NCBI GenBank assembly: GCA_038215035.1
Contig: JBBQRH010000014.1
Span: 2,312-66,311 of the forward strand
Length of the DNA stretch: 64,000 nt
Source of the DNA: Gemmatimonadales bacterium
GTDB lineage: Bacteria > Gemmatimonadota > Gemmatimonadetes > Gemmatimonadales > Gemmatimonadaceae
Direction: 5' to 3'
Both the position numbers and the translations under genes were made by a program. Positions 11,301 through 17,110 of the stretch are shown one piece after another (position 1 is the first letter of the stretch; every line of letters starts with the position of its first letter). The notes beneath the pieces are model-generated. The model saw nothing but the letters and a program-made list of their open reading frames with translations. It did not search any database and was not told the origin of the DNA.

Positions 11301-11843
11301 CGCGAGGAAGTTCATGTCGTTGCCGTTGTGGCGTGCCAGCCACTCGCCAACGGTGCGCATGATCTCCTTGTTCGGCACGACGTGATACAGCATGTAGTGA
11401 TTCATGCCGGTGGCCGCAAACACACCGGTGGCCAGCGGGGCGGACTTGCCGGAGTACCCGGCGCGCTCCATCGCCTCCCACGCGACTTCGAGGAAGAACC
11501 GATGCTGCGGGTCCATCACGGACGCGTCGCGCGGACTCATGCCGAAGAACCCGGCGTCGAAGTTCTCGATGCCGTCGAGCTGCGGCCAGGCGCGGACATA
11601 GGCGGGGTCGGCCAGCAGCGACGGATCCTCGCCGGCGGCAAGCAGTTCTTCGTCGGAGAAGAACCGGACGGACTCCACGCCATCGCGGACATTCGCCCAG
11701 TACTCCTCCAACGAGCCAGCACCGGGGAAGCGCCCGGCCATGGCGATGACCGCGATCTCAGTTCCTGTCAGGTCGCTTTCGTTGTGCATCATCGGATCGA
11801 TCGTGCTCGTAGTGTGAAACGTCGGCTGGAAGCAACCGGACAC
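5334..11843 (-). CDS. Type I polyketide synthase, KS-AT-KR-DH-carrier-TE
   Basis: KS: DPQHRFFLEVAWEA, TACSSSL (Cys codon 11241-11243), EAHGTGT, NIGHLG. AT: GHSMGE (Ser codon 9900-9902) and VAAHS. Linker YPFEHQRFW. KR: TGGLNGIG, YTSAN. DH after KR: HVVRGGDALIPG, HPALMD. Carrier: FFEIGGQSL. TE: GGYSGG, PGNH. The ORF start at 11843 is GTG; an ATG-ATG pair at 11792 is an alternative start. Confidence 0.9.
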   Translation of the reverse strand: MSGCFQPTFHTTSTIDPMMHNESDLTGTEIAVIAMAGRFPGAGSLEEYWANVRDGVESVRFFSDEELLAAGEDPSLLADPAYVRAWPQLDGIENFDAGFFGMSPRDASVMDPQHRFFLEVAWEAMERAGYSGKSAPLATGVFAATGMNHYMLYHVVPNKEIMRTVGEWLARHNGNDMNFLATRAAYQMNLKGPAMNVQTACSSSLTAIHIACQSLLNRETDLALAGASTMSLPQDRGYVYKQGEILSSDGHCRPFDAGSKGTLFGSGTGCVVLKRLEDALEDGDTVLAVIRGTAVNNDGSQKVGYLAPSVDGQARAVSEALAISGVPADSIGMIEAHGTGTAVGDPIEVEALSQAYAPLTEKKGFIALGSVKANIGHLGEAAGMAGFIKTVLAIRHQQFPPCVNFTAPNPQIDFASSPFFVNTTLAPWPRGAWPRRAGVTALGAGGTNTHLILEEAPPVAPSAAPPRSAQLVTISAKTRTALERAATRLADCLEQDPSISLADAAWTLHEGRVAFQYRRTVVGRTAAQVAAALREPQKGTVPATAGDDARIVYMFPGGGAQYASMGRELYETEAVYRQAFDECLAEMPDSLAGTLRRLVFPAPADVVSATTELEAPRFALPALFATEYATVRLLTAWGLQPAGMIGHSMGEYVAACLAGVFSLRDGLALVIERARLFETLPAGGMLSVELSESELLPLLGQTLSIAAVNGPRLCVASGPVAAIDALQATLQQREIESTRIHIAVAAHSVMLEPILAEFGRVCARVRFAAPKIPFISNLTGAWITPDEAMDPQYWVRHLRQTVRFNDGLQAVLASGRSVLVEIGPGRTLCSLARSQTPIPVAVPTLRHPRESASDVDFLLGTIGKIWESGGIVQLSALHNGARRRRIPLPTYPFEHQRFWLPAQTTETAAARPVGGMSRHDDVRDWFSMPLWRRSAMSAGETDASAGLWLVFADGGGLADALAALRPAGRTVAVRIGARFRRVSDTEFIVRADSSEDFAALFEALVIEDRWPEQVVHLWGLDAPAKGFFDWMKQTDMAVALNRAVGSFYVSQLCIVQAAAEQERPLVLSTVARGLYCCADDDVPPDPLKALLVGPTQVAAREVPQIHSRCIDLWLGSASVENQAARLLQELRRPVTDSAIALRHNARWVRVLTSVPLEPAVGGDLIVRARATILITGGLNGIGLEMAEHLARTAKARLVLIGRTSVPDRREWAAIASQGGSDRIGRQVTKLLAIEAAGGEVLPLTADVTDLEQMSGVVAMARAQFGAIHGVIHSAGLIDDGLISLKSPSAPTPVITVKALGAMVLDAVLRAEPLEFFIAFSSVSSVLGLEGQVDYTSANAFLDAFIERKRLTTDVRAISIGWNAWREVGMTAMLADGAVHPASRLNGHPGPHPDLERIATEPDGTVVYSTLFSRARQWLLSEHVVRGGDALIPGTGYLELARAALENVGSDETVELRNVTFLGPFMVGRSAPRVLRLRLGAADRGSANVRDFAFLPEGDEDPCVVGTVGTTRDSPEPVETLAAIRARLGTPVSVGGFLAQPFMDFGPRWGNVMETATSGSEALVRLRLPDDFRADLATYKLHPALMDMATGGAQLLIPGFDQSADFYVPFTYERVRLFSGLTQDVFSHVRLDPAASHGDTAKFDVNLYDSEGRSLVQIRGFVMKRLGEGARLNRARQDDAAPSTAAQANLRGLLRLAIAPVEGLDAFDRIMASGLSGHVLTSSLDLPKWITSLQQKQEASATAGDDVRDESTGFARPELVTSFVAPRNDLERHLCELWKQLLGLNEIGVHDDFFEIGGQSLVAVRLFTRIRKHYRVDLPLSTLFEAPTIAQCAEIIAQELGIDLSTVENTPGDAGGGALEVLTSAGGTDAEAPPETGATAADRSSRWRSLVTMQSKGSRPPFVCVAGMGGTLGNLRKLAVLLGDGRPFLGLQPPGADDPQQLLYSVEALAAHYVAELRREQPHGPYFLGGYSGGGVAAFEMARQLMQSGESVAFLGFIDSFSPALPQRSSRERAALHLRRLRSVGPKYLFETAQRLYWSTRDHTRLRVARQLGRVMPDTFRYDAIGGSWLVAERNYRPDAQPLHGTLFRAREETALSLWSGVKVDSEHGWGRYLLNGVEVHVCPGNHTTMCDEPNVRVLALRVRAALDAADAAATAVAGARTEVETVAGD

Positions 11844-12043
11844 AGGGGCGGTGACACAAAGCTCCAGTGGCTGGCGCGGCGCCGGGTACGCTGAACGAGA
11901 GCGCAGTCACCGCACTGCCGGCCGGTTGCTGCGTCGAGTCATCCGCTGGCTCCGAGTGTCTGACGAGCGAGTCAGAAAATTATCTCAACGCGCGCGTTGC
12001 GCAGGTGGCGCGCCCCCGTCCCTGGAGCCGACTGGACTGCTCG

Positions 12044-12072
12044 TTGTGCCGCTCGACCCAACCGGGTAACTT
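12044..12072 (+). promoter_or_regulatory. Candidate sigma70-like promoter for tRNA-Ser
   Basis: TTGTGC (12044-12049), a 17-nt spacer, then TAACTT (12067-12072), 11 nt upstream of the mature tRNA 5' end. Pattern match only. Confidence 0.3.
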
Positions 12073-12083
12073 CTTCGGCTGTT

Positions 12084-12172
12084 GGAGGGATGGCCGAGAG
12101 GCTGAAGGCACCGGTTTGCTAAACCGGCGTACTGGGAAACTGGTACCGAGGGTTCGAATCCCTCTCTCTCCG
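12084..12172 (+). tRNA. tRNA-Ser (anticodon GCU)
   Basis: Cloverleaf folded by hand. Acceptor ggaggga/tctctcc. Anticodon stem ccggt/accgg with loop ttGCTaa. Long variable arm gtactgg-gaaa-ctggtac. T arm gaggg-ttcgaat-ccctc. Discriminator g. No encoded CCA. Confidence 0.9.
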
Positions 12173-12178
12173 TGTGAC

Positions 12179-12211
12179 GGGCCCACCACGTACCGGTGGG
12201 CCCGTTTTCTT
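12179..12211 (+). terminator. Rho-independent terminator after tRNA-Ser
   Basis: Stem gggcccacc / ggtgggccc followed by gttttctt. Confidence 0.6.
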
Positions 12212-12235
12212 ATCCGCACCGAGGCCCTGCCCCGC

Positions 12236-13690
12236 ATGACCGCGCCCGCCCCACGCCTTCGATTTGCCCCCTCCCCGACCGGATACCTCCATGTCGGGGG
12301 CGCCCGAACGGCGCTCTTCAACTGGCTCTGGGCCCGGAAGACCGGGGGTAAGTTCCTCCTCCGGATCGAGGATACTGACAAGGCCCGCAGCACCGACGAG
12401 AGTACCGCGGCGATCTTTCACGGGCTCGAGTGGCTGGGGCTGGACTGGGATGAGGACGTGGTCTTCCAGGGCGCCAACGTCGCCCGCCACAAGGCCGACG
12501 CCCAGCGATTGGTCGAGAACGGATCCGCCTACCTCGATTTCACCACCGTCGCCGAACTCGACCGACTTCGCGCCGACGCGGATGCCCGAAAGGAGCCATT
12601 TCGATTCGACCGGCGCCTCGCCAGCTGGTCACCGGACCAAATCCGGCAGAAGCTCGCCGACGGCGAACCGTTCACCATCCGGTTCCGCGTCCCGGATGGC
12701 ACGACCGCCTGGGACGACATCGTGCATGGGCGCATCGCCTTCGAGAACAAGGAGATCGAGGACTTCATCATCCTCCGCTCCGACGGCACACCGATCTACA
12801 ACCTCGCCGTCGTCTCCGATGACATCGCGATGGCCATCACGATCGTGATGCGCGGCGACGATCATATTTCGAATACGCCAAAGCAGATCCTCCTCTATCA
12901 GGCGCTTGGCGCTCCACTGCCGCAGTTCGCACACGTGCCCATGATCCACGGCACGGATGGCAAGAAGCTCAGCAAGCGTCGCGATGCGGCGGCCGTCGGC
13001 GACTGGGAGTACAAGGGAATTCTGCCGACGGCGATGGCAAACTTCCTCGCGCTCCTTGGCTGGAGCCCAGGTGACGATCTCGAGGTCATGATGCCGGACG
13101 AGATGCTGAGGCATTTCACCCTCGATCGCCTGCACCGGAAAGCGGCAATCTTCGACACGCAGAAACTCGAGTGGATGAACGGGCAGCACCTGTCGCGACG
13201 CCCACTGGACGAAGTGCTGCCGCGCGTGATCGACGCGCTCGTCCGTCACGACGTCGCGACCCCGGAGCGGCTCGCCGCCGATCCCGCCTGGACGGCGCAT
13301 CTCGTCGATCAACTCCGCGTTCGGTCCCGCACGATCGAAGAAATCGTGAAGCAGGCGCGACCATATCTCATAGACGAGCTCGTCTACGACGACGAGGCGG
13401 TCGCAAAAGCGTTGCTGAAGGATCGCGTCGTGAGTGCCGACATTCTCTCCGCGACACGGGACGCACTCGAGAACGCGCCGGCATGGACTGCGGAGGCGCT
13501 CGAGCCGGCCCTGCGAACACTCGCGGAATCACGTGGTCTGGCGGCGGGGAAGATCTTCACCCCACTCCGGGTCGCGGTCACGGGACTCTCGGTCAGCCCG
13601 GGCATCTTCGATGTCCTCACACTGATCGGCAGGGACCGAAGCCTCGAGCGTCTCGCGCGCACGCTGGACATGCTGGCGACAACGCCGTAG
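12236..13690 (+). CDS. gltX: Glutamyl-tRNA synthetase
   Basis: MTAPAPRLRFAPSPTGYLHVGGARTALFNWLWARK...LLRIEDTD (HIGH region) and KLSKR (KMSKS region). Start moved to ATG 12236 because the listed ORF (11867) runs through tRNA-Ser. Confidence 0.92.
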   Translation: MTAPAPRLRFAPSPTGYLHVGGARTALFNWLWARKTGGKFLLRIEDTDKARSTDESTAAIFHGLEWLGLDWDEDVVFQGANVARHKADAQRLVENGSAYLDFTTVAELDRLRADADARKEPFRFDRRLASWSPDQIRQKLADGEPFTIRFRVPDGTTAWDDIVHGRIAFENKEIEDFIILRSDGTPIYNLAVVSDDIAMAITIVMRGDDHISNTPKQILLYQALGAPLPQFAHVPMIHGTDGKKLSKRRDAAAVGDWEYKGILPTAMANFLALLGWSPGDDLEVMMPDEMLRHFTLDRLHRKAAIFDTQKLEWMNGQHLSRRPLDEVLPRVIDALVRHDVATPERLAADPAWTAHLVDQLRVRSRTIEEIVKQARPYLIDELVYDDEAVAKALLKDRVVSADILSATRDALENAPAWTAEALEPALRTLAESRGLAAGKIFTPLRVAVTGLSVSPGIFDVLTLIGRDRSLERLARTLDMLATTP

Positions 13691-13703
13691 GCGGGCCCAC
13701 TTC

Positions 13704-13735
13704 GGGGCTCCCTGCGTCACGTCACAGGGAGCCCC
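13704..13735 (+). promoter_or_regulatory. Perfect 11-bp inverted repeat abutting the lexA-like start codon (gltX terminator, SD-sequestering hairpin or operator)
   Basis: ggggctccctg (13704-13714), spacer cgtcacgtca, cagggagcccc (13725-13735), then ATG at 13736. The right arm contains the only SD-like GGGAG. Confidence 0.4.
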
Positions 13736-14392
13736 ATGAGCAACACACTGACGTCGACGGAAGAGAAGGTCTACCAGTATCTGATCGAGTTTCTGGCGGC
13801 GAACAGCTACCAGCCCAGCATCCGGGAAATCGGTCGCCAGTTCGACATCAAGTCGACGAAGACCGTGTCGGATGTCCTCGGCAACCTGGCCCGCAAGGGA
13901 TACATCCAGCGCAACCAGGCACGCTCGCGGGGACTGCGAATTCTCGGCGCGCACCAGACCGGCGGCAGCCGCTCCCTCCCCTATTACTCCCGCGTATCAG
14001 CCTTCGGCACCGCGATCACGGCAGAGCATCAGAGCGACGCGCTCGTCATCGATCGACGGCTCGCGCCGTCGGACTCCGCCTTCTTCCTCCGTGTCTCGGA
14101 TGACGGCATGGCGGCACTGAGCATCCGTCGCGACGACACCGTGATGGTGAGTCCGGAGATCGCGGCGCTCGACGGTGATCTGGTCGCAGTCCGGGCGGGA
14201 CACGAGGCGGTCGTACGCGCCTTCCGGCAAGACGGCAATACCGTGTCACTGATCGCCGCTGACGACAACTTCGATCCGATCAGCGTGCCGCCAGGCGACG
14301 AGCAGGTGATCATCGGCTTCGTCTGTGCCGTGTTTCGCGCCACCCTCCACGCCGACGACGCCATTGATCCGAATGCGGAAGCGGCGGCATGA
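13736..14392 (+). CDS. lexA: LexA-family repressor with a degenerate S24 peptidase domain
   Basis: N-terminal wHTH resembles LexA (EKVYQYLIEFL...PSIREIGRQFDIKSTKTVSDVLGNLARKGYIQR...SRGLRIL). The C-terminal domain aligns to LexA (FFLRVSDDGM...GDLVAV...AVVRAF), but the Ala-Gly, Ser and Lys positions are substituted. Confidence 0.8.
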   Translation: MSNTLTSTEEKVYQYLIEFLAANSYQPSIREIGRQFDIKSTKTVSDVLGNLARKGYIQRNQARSRGLRILGAHQTGGSRSLPYYSRVSAFGTAITAEHQSDALVIDRRLAPSDSAFFLRVSDDGMAALSIRRDDTVMVSPEIAALDGDLVAVRAGHEAVVRAFRQDGNTVSLIAADDNFDPISVPPGDEQVIIGFVCAVFRATLHADDAIDPNAEAAA

Positions 14393-14422
14393 CGACCGCG
14401 CCGCGCTCGAAGGCGCGAGGCG

Positions 14423-15301
14423 TCAGCGATCCTGCGGCTGAATCGGAACCGGCGCAACCGGTGAATCCTGCCCTTCGCGCGCTTCCTTCCGCTCGCGATC
14501 ACGACGCTCACGAATTCGCTTCACGCGCTCGTTGAACGTTTCTGCATTCAGCGCCACCTGCGCGCCAGCCTGGATCTGCTGGCGCATGAGCCATGGATTT
14601 TCCTGACGAATGATCGACGTCGGGTTGCTGCCGAGCCGGTTGAGGGGCAGCAACGCCAGCAACGGTGCCGGCAGCGTGATGTTGCCGAGCACAATGCCGC
14701 GCTGCGACCACCCGTACTTCTTGCCGCCGCGTGTGAATGTCAGGTCGGCGCGGCCGTCTTCGGTGACATTACTTCGCGGAGCGTTGGCCAGACTGTCGGC
14801 GTACTCCGCGAACCGTTCCGCGATCACGCTGTCGAGGCGTTCCTTCGGCGTGAGAATGACCCTGGGCGGTTGTGCCGGGCCTGGATACAGCCGCGGATCG
14901 TACTCGGGCACTATTCCGCGGGCGACGCCCGACCCACGACCAATGCCGTACCCGGATCCCGTCCCACCACCAGCGCCGCCCTGACCGCCGGCAGCGTCCG
15001 GGGTCGTCGTTGGTACAACCGTGGGCGCCACCAGAAGACTCGGCTGCCGATTCCGAGTCGGCTTGACCACACCATTCACCGGTGCGCCGCCACCTGATGC
15101 ATCCCCTCCCGGCGGCGTCACGGCCACCAGCTCGATCTTCTCGCGTTGGGCCGCCGACTGTGGTCCGATCAGCCATTCAGCGATGCCGTTGGAGCCAAGC
15201 ACCACGCGCAGCAGCGCCACACCCACCATCAGATGCAGGGCAACGGAGATCGCGATCGCACCGTTCGATCGCTGCTCCGGCTCGCGAGGCTTGAACAACA
15301 T
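14423..15301 (-). CDS. Hypothetical membrane-anchored protein (N-terminal TM, Gly/Pro-rich linker)
   Basis: N-terminal hydrophobic segment AIAISVALHLMVGVALLRVVL. The ATG overlaps the upstream stop by 1 nt. Good third-position GC bias. No family recognised. Confidence 0.6.
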   Translation of the reverse strand: MLFKPREPEQRSNGAIAISVALHLMVGVALLRVVLGSNGIAEWLIGPQSAAQREKIELVAVTPPGGDASGGGAPVNGVVKPTRNRQPSLLVAPTVVPTTTPDAAGGQGGAGGGTGSGYGIGRGSGVARGIVPEYDPRLYPGPAQPPRVILTPKERLDSVIAERFAEYADSLANAPRSNVTEDGRADLTFTRGGKKYGWSQRGIVLGNITLPAPLLALLPLNRLGSNPTSIIRQENPWLMRQQIQAGAQVALNAETFNERVKRIRERRDRERKEAREGQDSPVAPVPIQPQDR

Positions 15302-16482
15302 CAGACCGCGGCTCCAAACGAGGCAAGCACGCGACCCGCGCGCACCGCTGCGTCACGCAGCCGGTCCGGCGACGCAATGAAGCTGATCCGGAAGAACCCC
15401 TCGCCGCCGGCACCGAAGCCGGTGCCGGGCATCACCACCACCCCTTCCTCATCCAGCAGGCGGTCCGCAAAAAGCTGGCTTGGAATGCCGTCCGGAAGTG
15501 GAATCCAGAGATACATCGCCGCCTTCGGCACGTCGCAGCTGAAGCCGGCGGCGCGAAAGGCCTGCACGGCGGCATCGCGGCGCGCCTGAAACACGGCAAC
15601 ATTCTGCGGCACGAAGTCGGCCCAACTCTCGATCGCGGCGACGCCGGCCTGCTGCACCGCCATGAACGCGCCCGTGTCGACGTAGCTCTTCACCTTCGAC
15701 AGCGTGGTGATGATCTCGGGCTTCGCACAGGCCCAGGCGCAGCGCCAGCCAGTCATGTTGTACGTCTTCGACAACGAGTGAAACTCGATGGCGACGTCTC
15801 TCGCGCCATCGATCTCGAAGATGCTCGGCGGCACATACCCATCGAAGCCCATCTCCGAGTAAGCGTTGTCGTACACCAGCAGAATGTCCAGCTCGCGACA
15901 GCGACGCACCACCCGCTCGAGATAGTCGCGAGGCGCGATCGCGGCCGTTGGATTGTTCGGATAGTTCAGATACAAAATCCGCGCACGACGCAGCACATCA
16001 TCCGGCACCTCATCCAGATCGACCAGGAACTGGTTCTGCGGGCGGAGCGCGTAGTAGTAAGGCATGCCGCTGCTGAGCAGCGTGCCACCCTTGTATGCGT
16101 TGTATCCCGGCTCAGGGACAATGGTGAAGTCACCCGCGTTGACGTAGCCGAGCGCCAGATGCGACAACCCTTCCTTGCTGCCGAGCAACGGAACGATTTC
16201 CGTCGTCGGATCGAAGCGCACGCCGAAGCGCCGCTCCATCCAGCCACTCACCGCATCGCGATACGCCGGATTCCCCAGCCCGAACCCGTAGCGGTTCATG
16301 GCCGGAATCCGCGACGCCGCCGCCAGCGCATCGACCGCTGCGGCCGGCGGCGCCAGATCGGCGTCGCCCGCGCCAAGATCGATCACATCCACGCCGCGAG
16401 CAATCAGTTCGCGCTTCTTGATCGGAATCAGCGCGAGCGGGTAGTCGGGCAGCGAGTCGAAGCGATGGGAACGCGGAGGCAT
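15301..16482 (-). CDS. PLP-dependent aminotransferase class I/II (LL-diaminopimelate aminotransferase-like)
   Basis: FDSLPDYPLALIPIKKRELIARGVDVIDLGAGDADLAPP, YLNYPNNPT, and PLP-lysine motif SLSKTYNMTGWRCAW. Confidence 0.8.
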   Translation of the reverse strand: MPPRSHRFDSLPDYPLALIPIKKRELIARGVDVIDLGAGDADLAPPAAAVDALAAASRIPAMNRYGFGLGNPAYRDAVSGWMERRFGVRFDPTTEIVPLLGSKEGLSHLALGYVNAGDFTIVPEPGYNAYKGGTLLSSGMPYYYALRPQNQFLVDLDEVPDDVLRRARILYLNYPNNPTAAIAPRDYLERVVRRCRELDILLVYDNAYSEMGFDGYVPPSIFEIDGARDVAIEFHSLSKTYNMTGWRCAWACAKPEIITTLSKVKSYVDTGAFMAVQQAGVAAIESWADFVPQNVAVFQARRDAAVQAFRAAGFSCDVPKAAMYLWIPLPDGIPSQLFADRLLDEEGVVVMPGTGFGAGGEGFFRISFIASPDRLRDAAVRAGRVLASFGAAV

Positions 16483-17099
16483 CAGGATTCGGCGACGACA
16501 GGATTGGAGACAGTGCTGTACCCGACGACTTCAACTTCCACCGTGTCGCCCGGCAGCAGCGGGCCGACCCCGGCCGGAGTGCCGGTGGCCACGATGTCCC
16601 CGGCCTCGAGGGTCATGACCTGAGAAATGTAGGCCAGCAACGCCGGCACCGAGAACACCATCTCCGAACCCCTGCCCCGCTGACGAACGACACCGTTGAC
16701 CCTCGTGACCACCTCGAGCCCGTCGAAATCGGGGATTCCAGCCCACTCTGGCCCGATCGGGCAGAACGTGTCGAACCCCTTTCCCCTCGTCCACTGCGGG
16801 TCAGACTTCTGAATATCCCGCGCGGTGACGTCATTCAGCGCCACGATGCCCCGGATTGCCGCCAACGCCAGCGCCTCGCTGGCGCGCCGGATCGGGGTCC
16901 CGATGACGACCCCGATTTCTCCCTCGTGTTCCACCTGCCGGGACATTTTCGGGGAGATGATCGCGTCGCCGGATCGGATGATCGCACTCGACGGTTTGAG
17001 GAAAAGCAGCGGCTCGGCCGGCACCGCGTTGCCCAGCTCCTTCGCATGCTCTCGGTAATTGCGACCAACGCAGACAATCTTGCCTGGACGAGCGCTCAT
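16482..17099 (-). CDS. Fumarylacetoacetate hydrolase (FAH) family protein
   Basis: KIVCVGRNYREHAKELGN..PAEPLLFLKPSSA, EGEIGVVIG, ALNDVTARD, TFCPIGP, GDIVATGTPAGVGP. Confidence 0.85.
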   Translation of the reverse strand: MSARPGKIVCVGRNYREHAKELGNAVPAEPLLFLKPSSAIIRSGDAIISPKMSRQVEHEGEIGVVIGTPIRRASEALALAAIRGIVALNDVTARDIQKSDPQWTRGKGFDTFCPIGPEWAGIPDFDGLEVVTRVNGVVRQRGRGSEMVFSVPALLAYISQVMTLEAGDIVATGTPAGVGPLLPGDTVEVEVVGYSTVSNPVVAES

Positions 17100-17110
17100 G
17101 AAATCTCGGA

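Noticed and set aside
9903-11894. 663-aa plus-strand ORF covering the KS region of the PKS gene.
   Set aside because: It is antisense to clear KS motifs (TACSSSL, EAHGTGT). Its composition is Arg-rich and junk-like, and it would also run across the PKS start region.
1-12172. Genomic-island or mobile-element interpretation of the NRPS/PKS locus next to tRNA-Ser.
   Set aside because: No integrase, transposase or repeat of the tRNA 3' end is visible in the window. Base composition looks the same as in the neighbouring housekeeping genes. It is kept only as a low-interest boundary note.
11867-12235. N-terminal extension of the gltX ORF. Similar extensions occur at 33889-33933, 38608-39309, 45952-46455 and 48545-48904.
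   Set aside because: The extensions run through tRNA-Ser or tRNA-Gln, or through upstream genes. Conserved N-termini (for example MTAPAPRLRFAPSPTGYLH) begin at internal ATGs.
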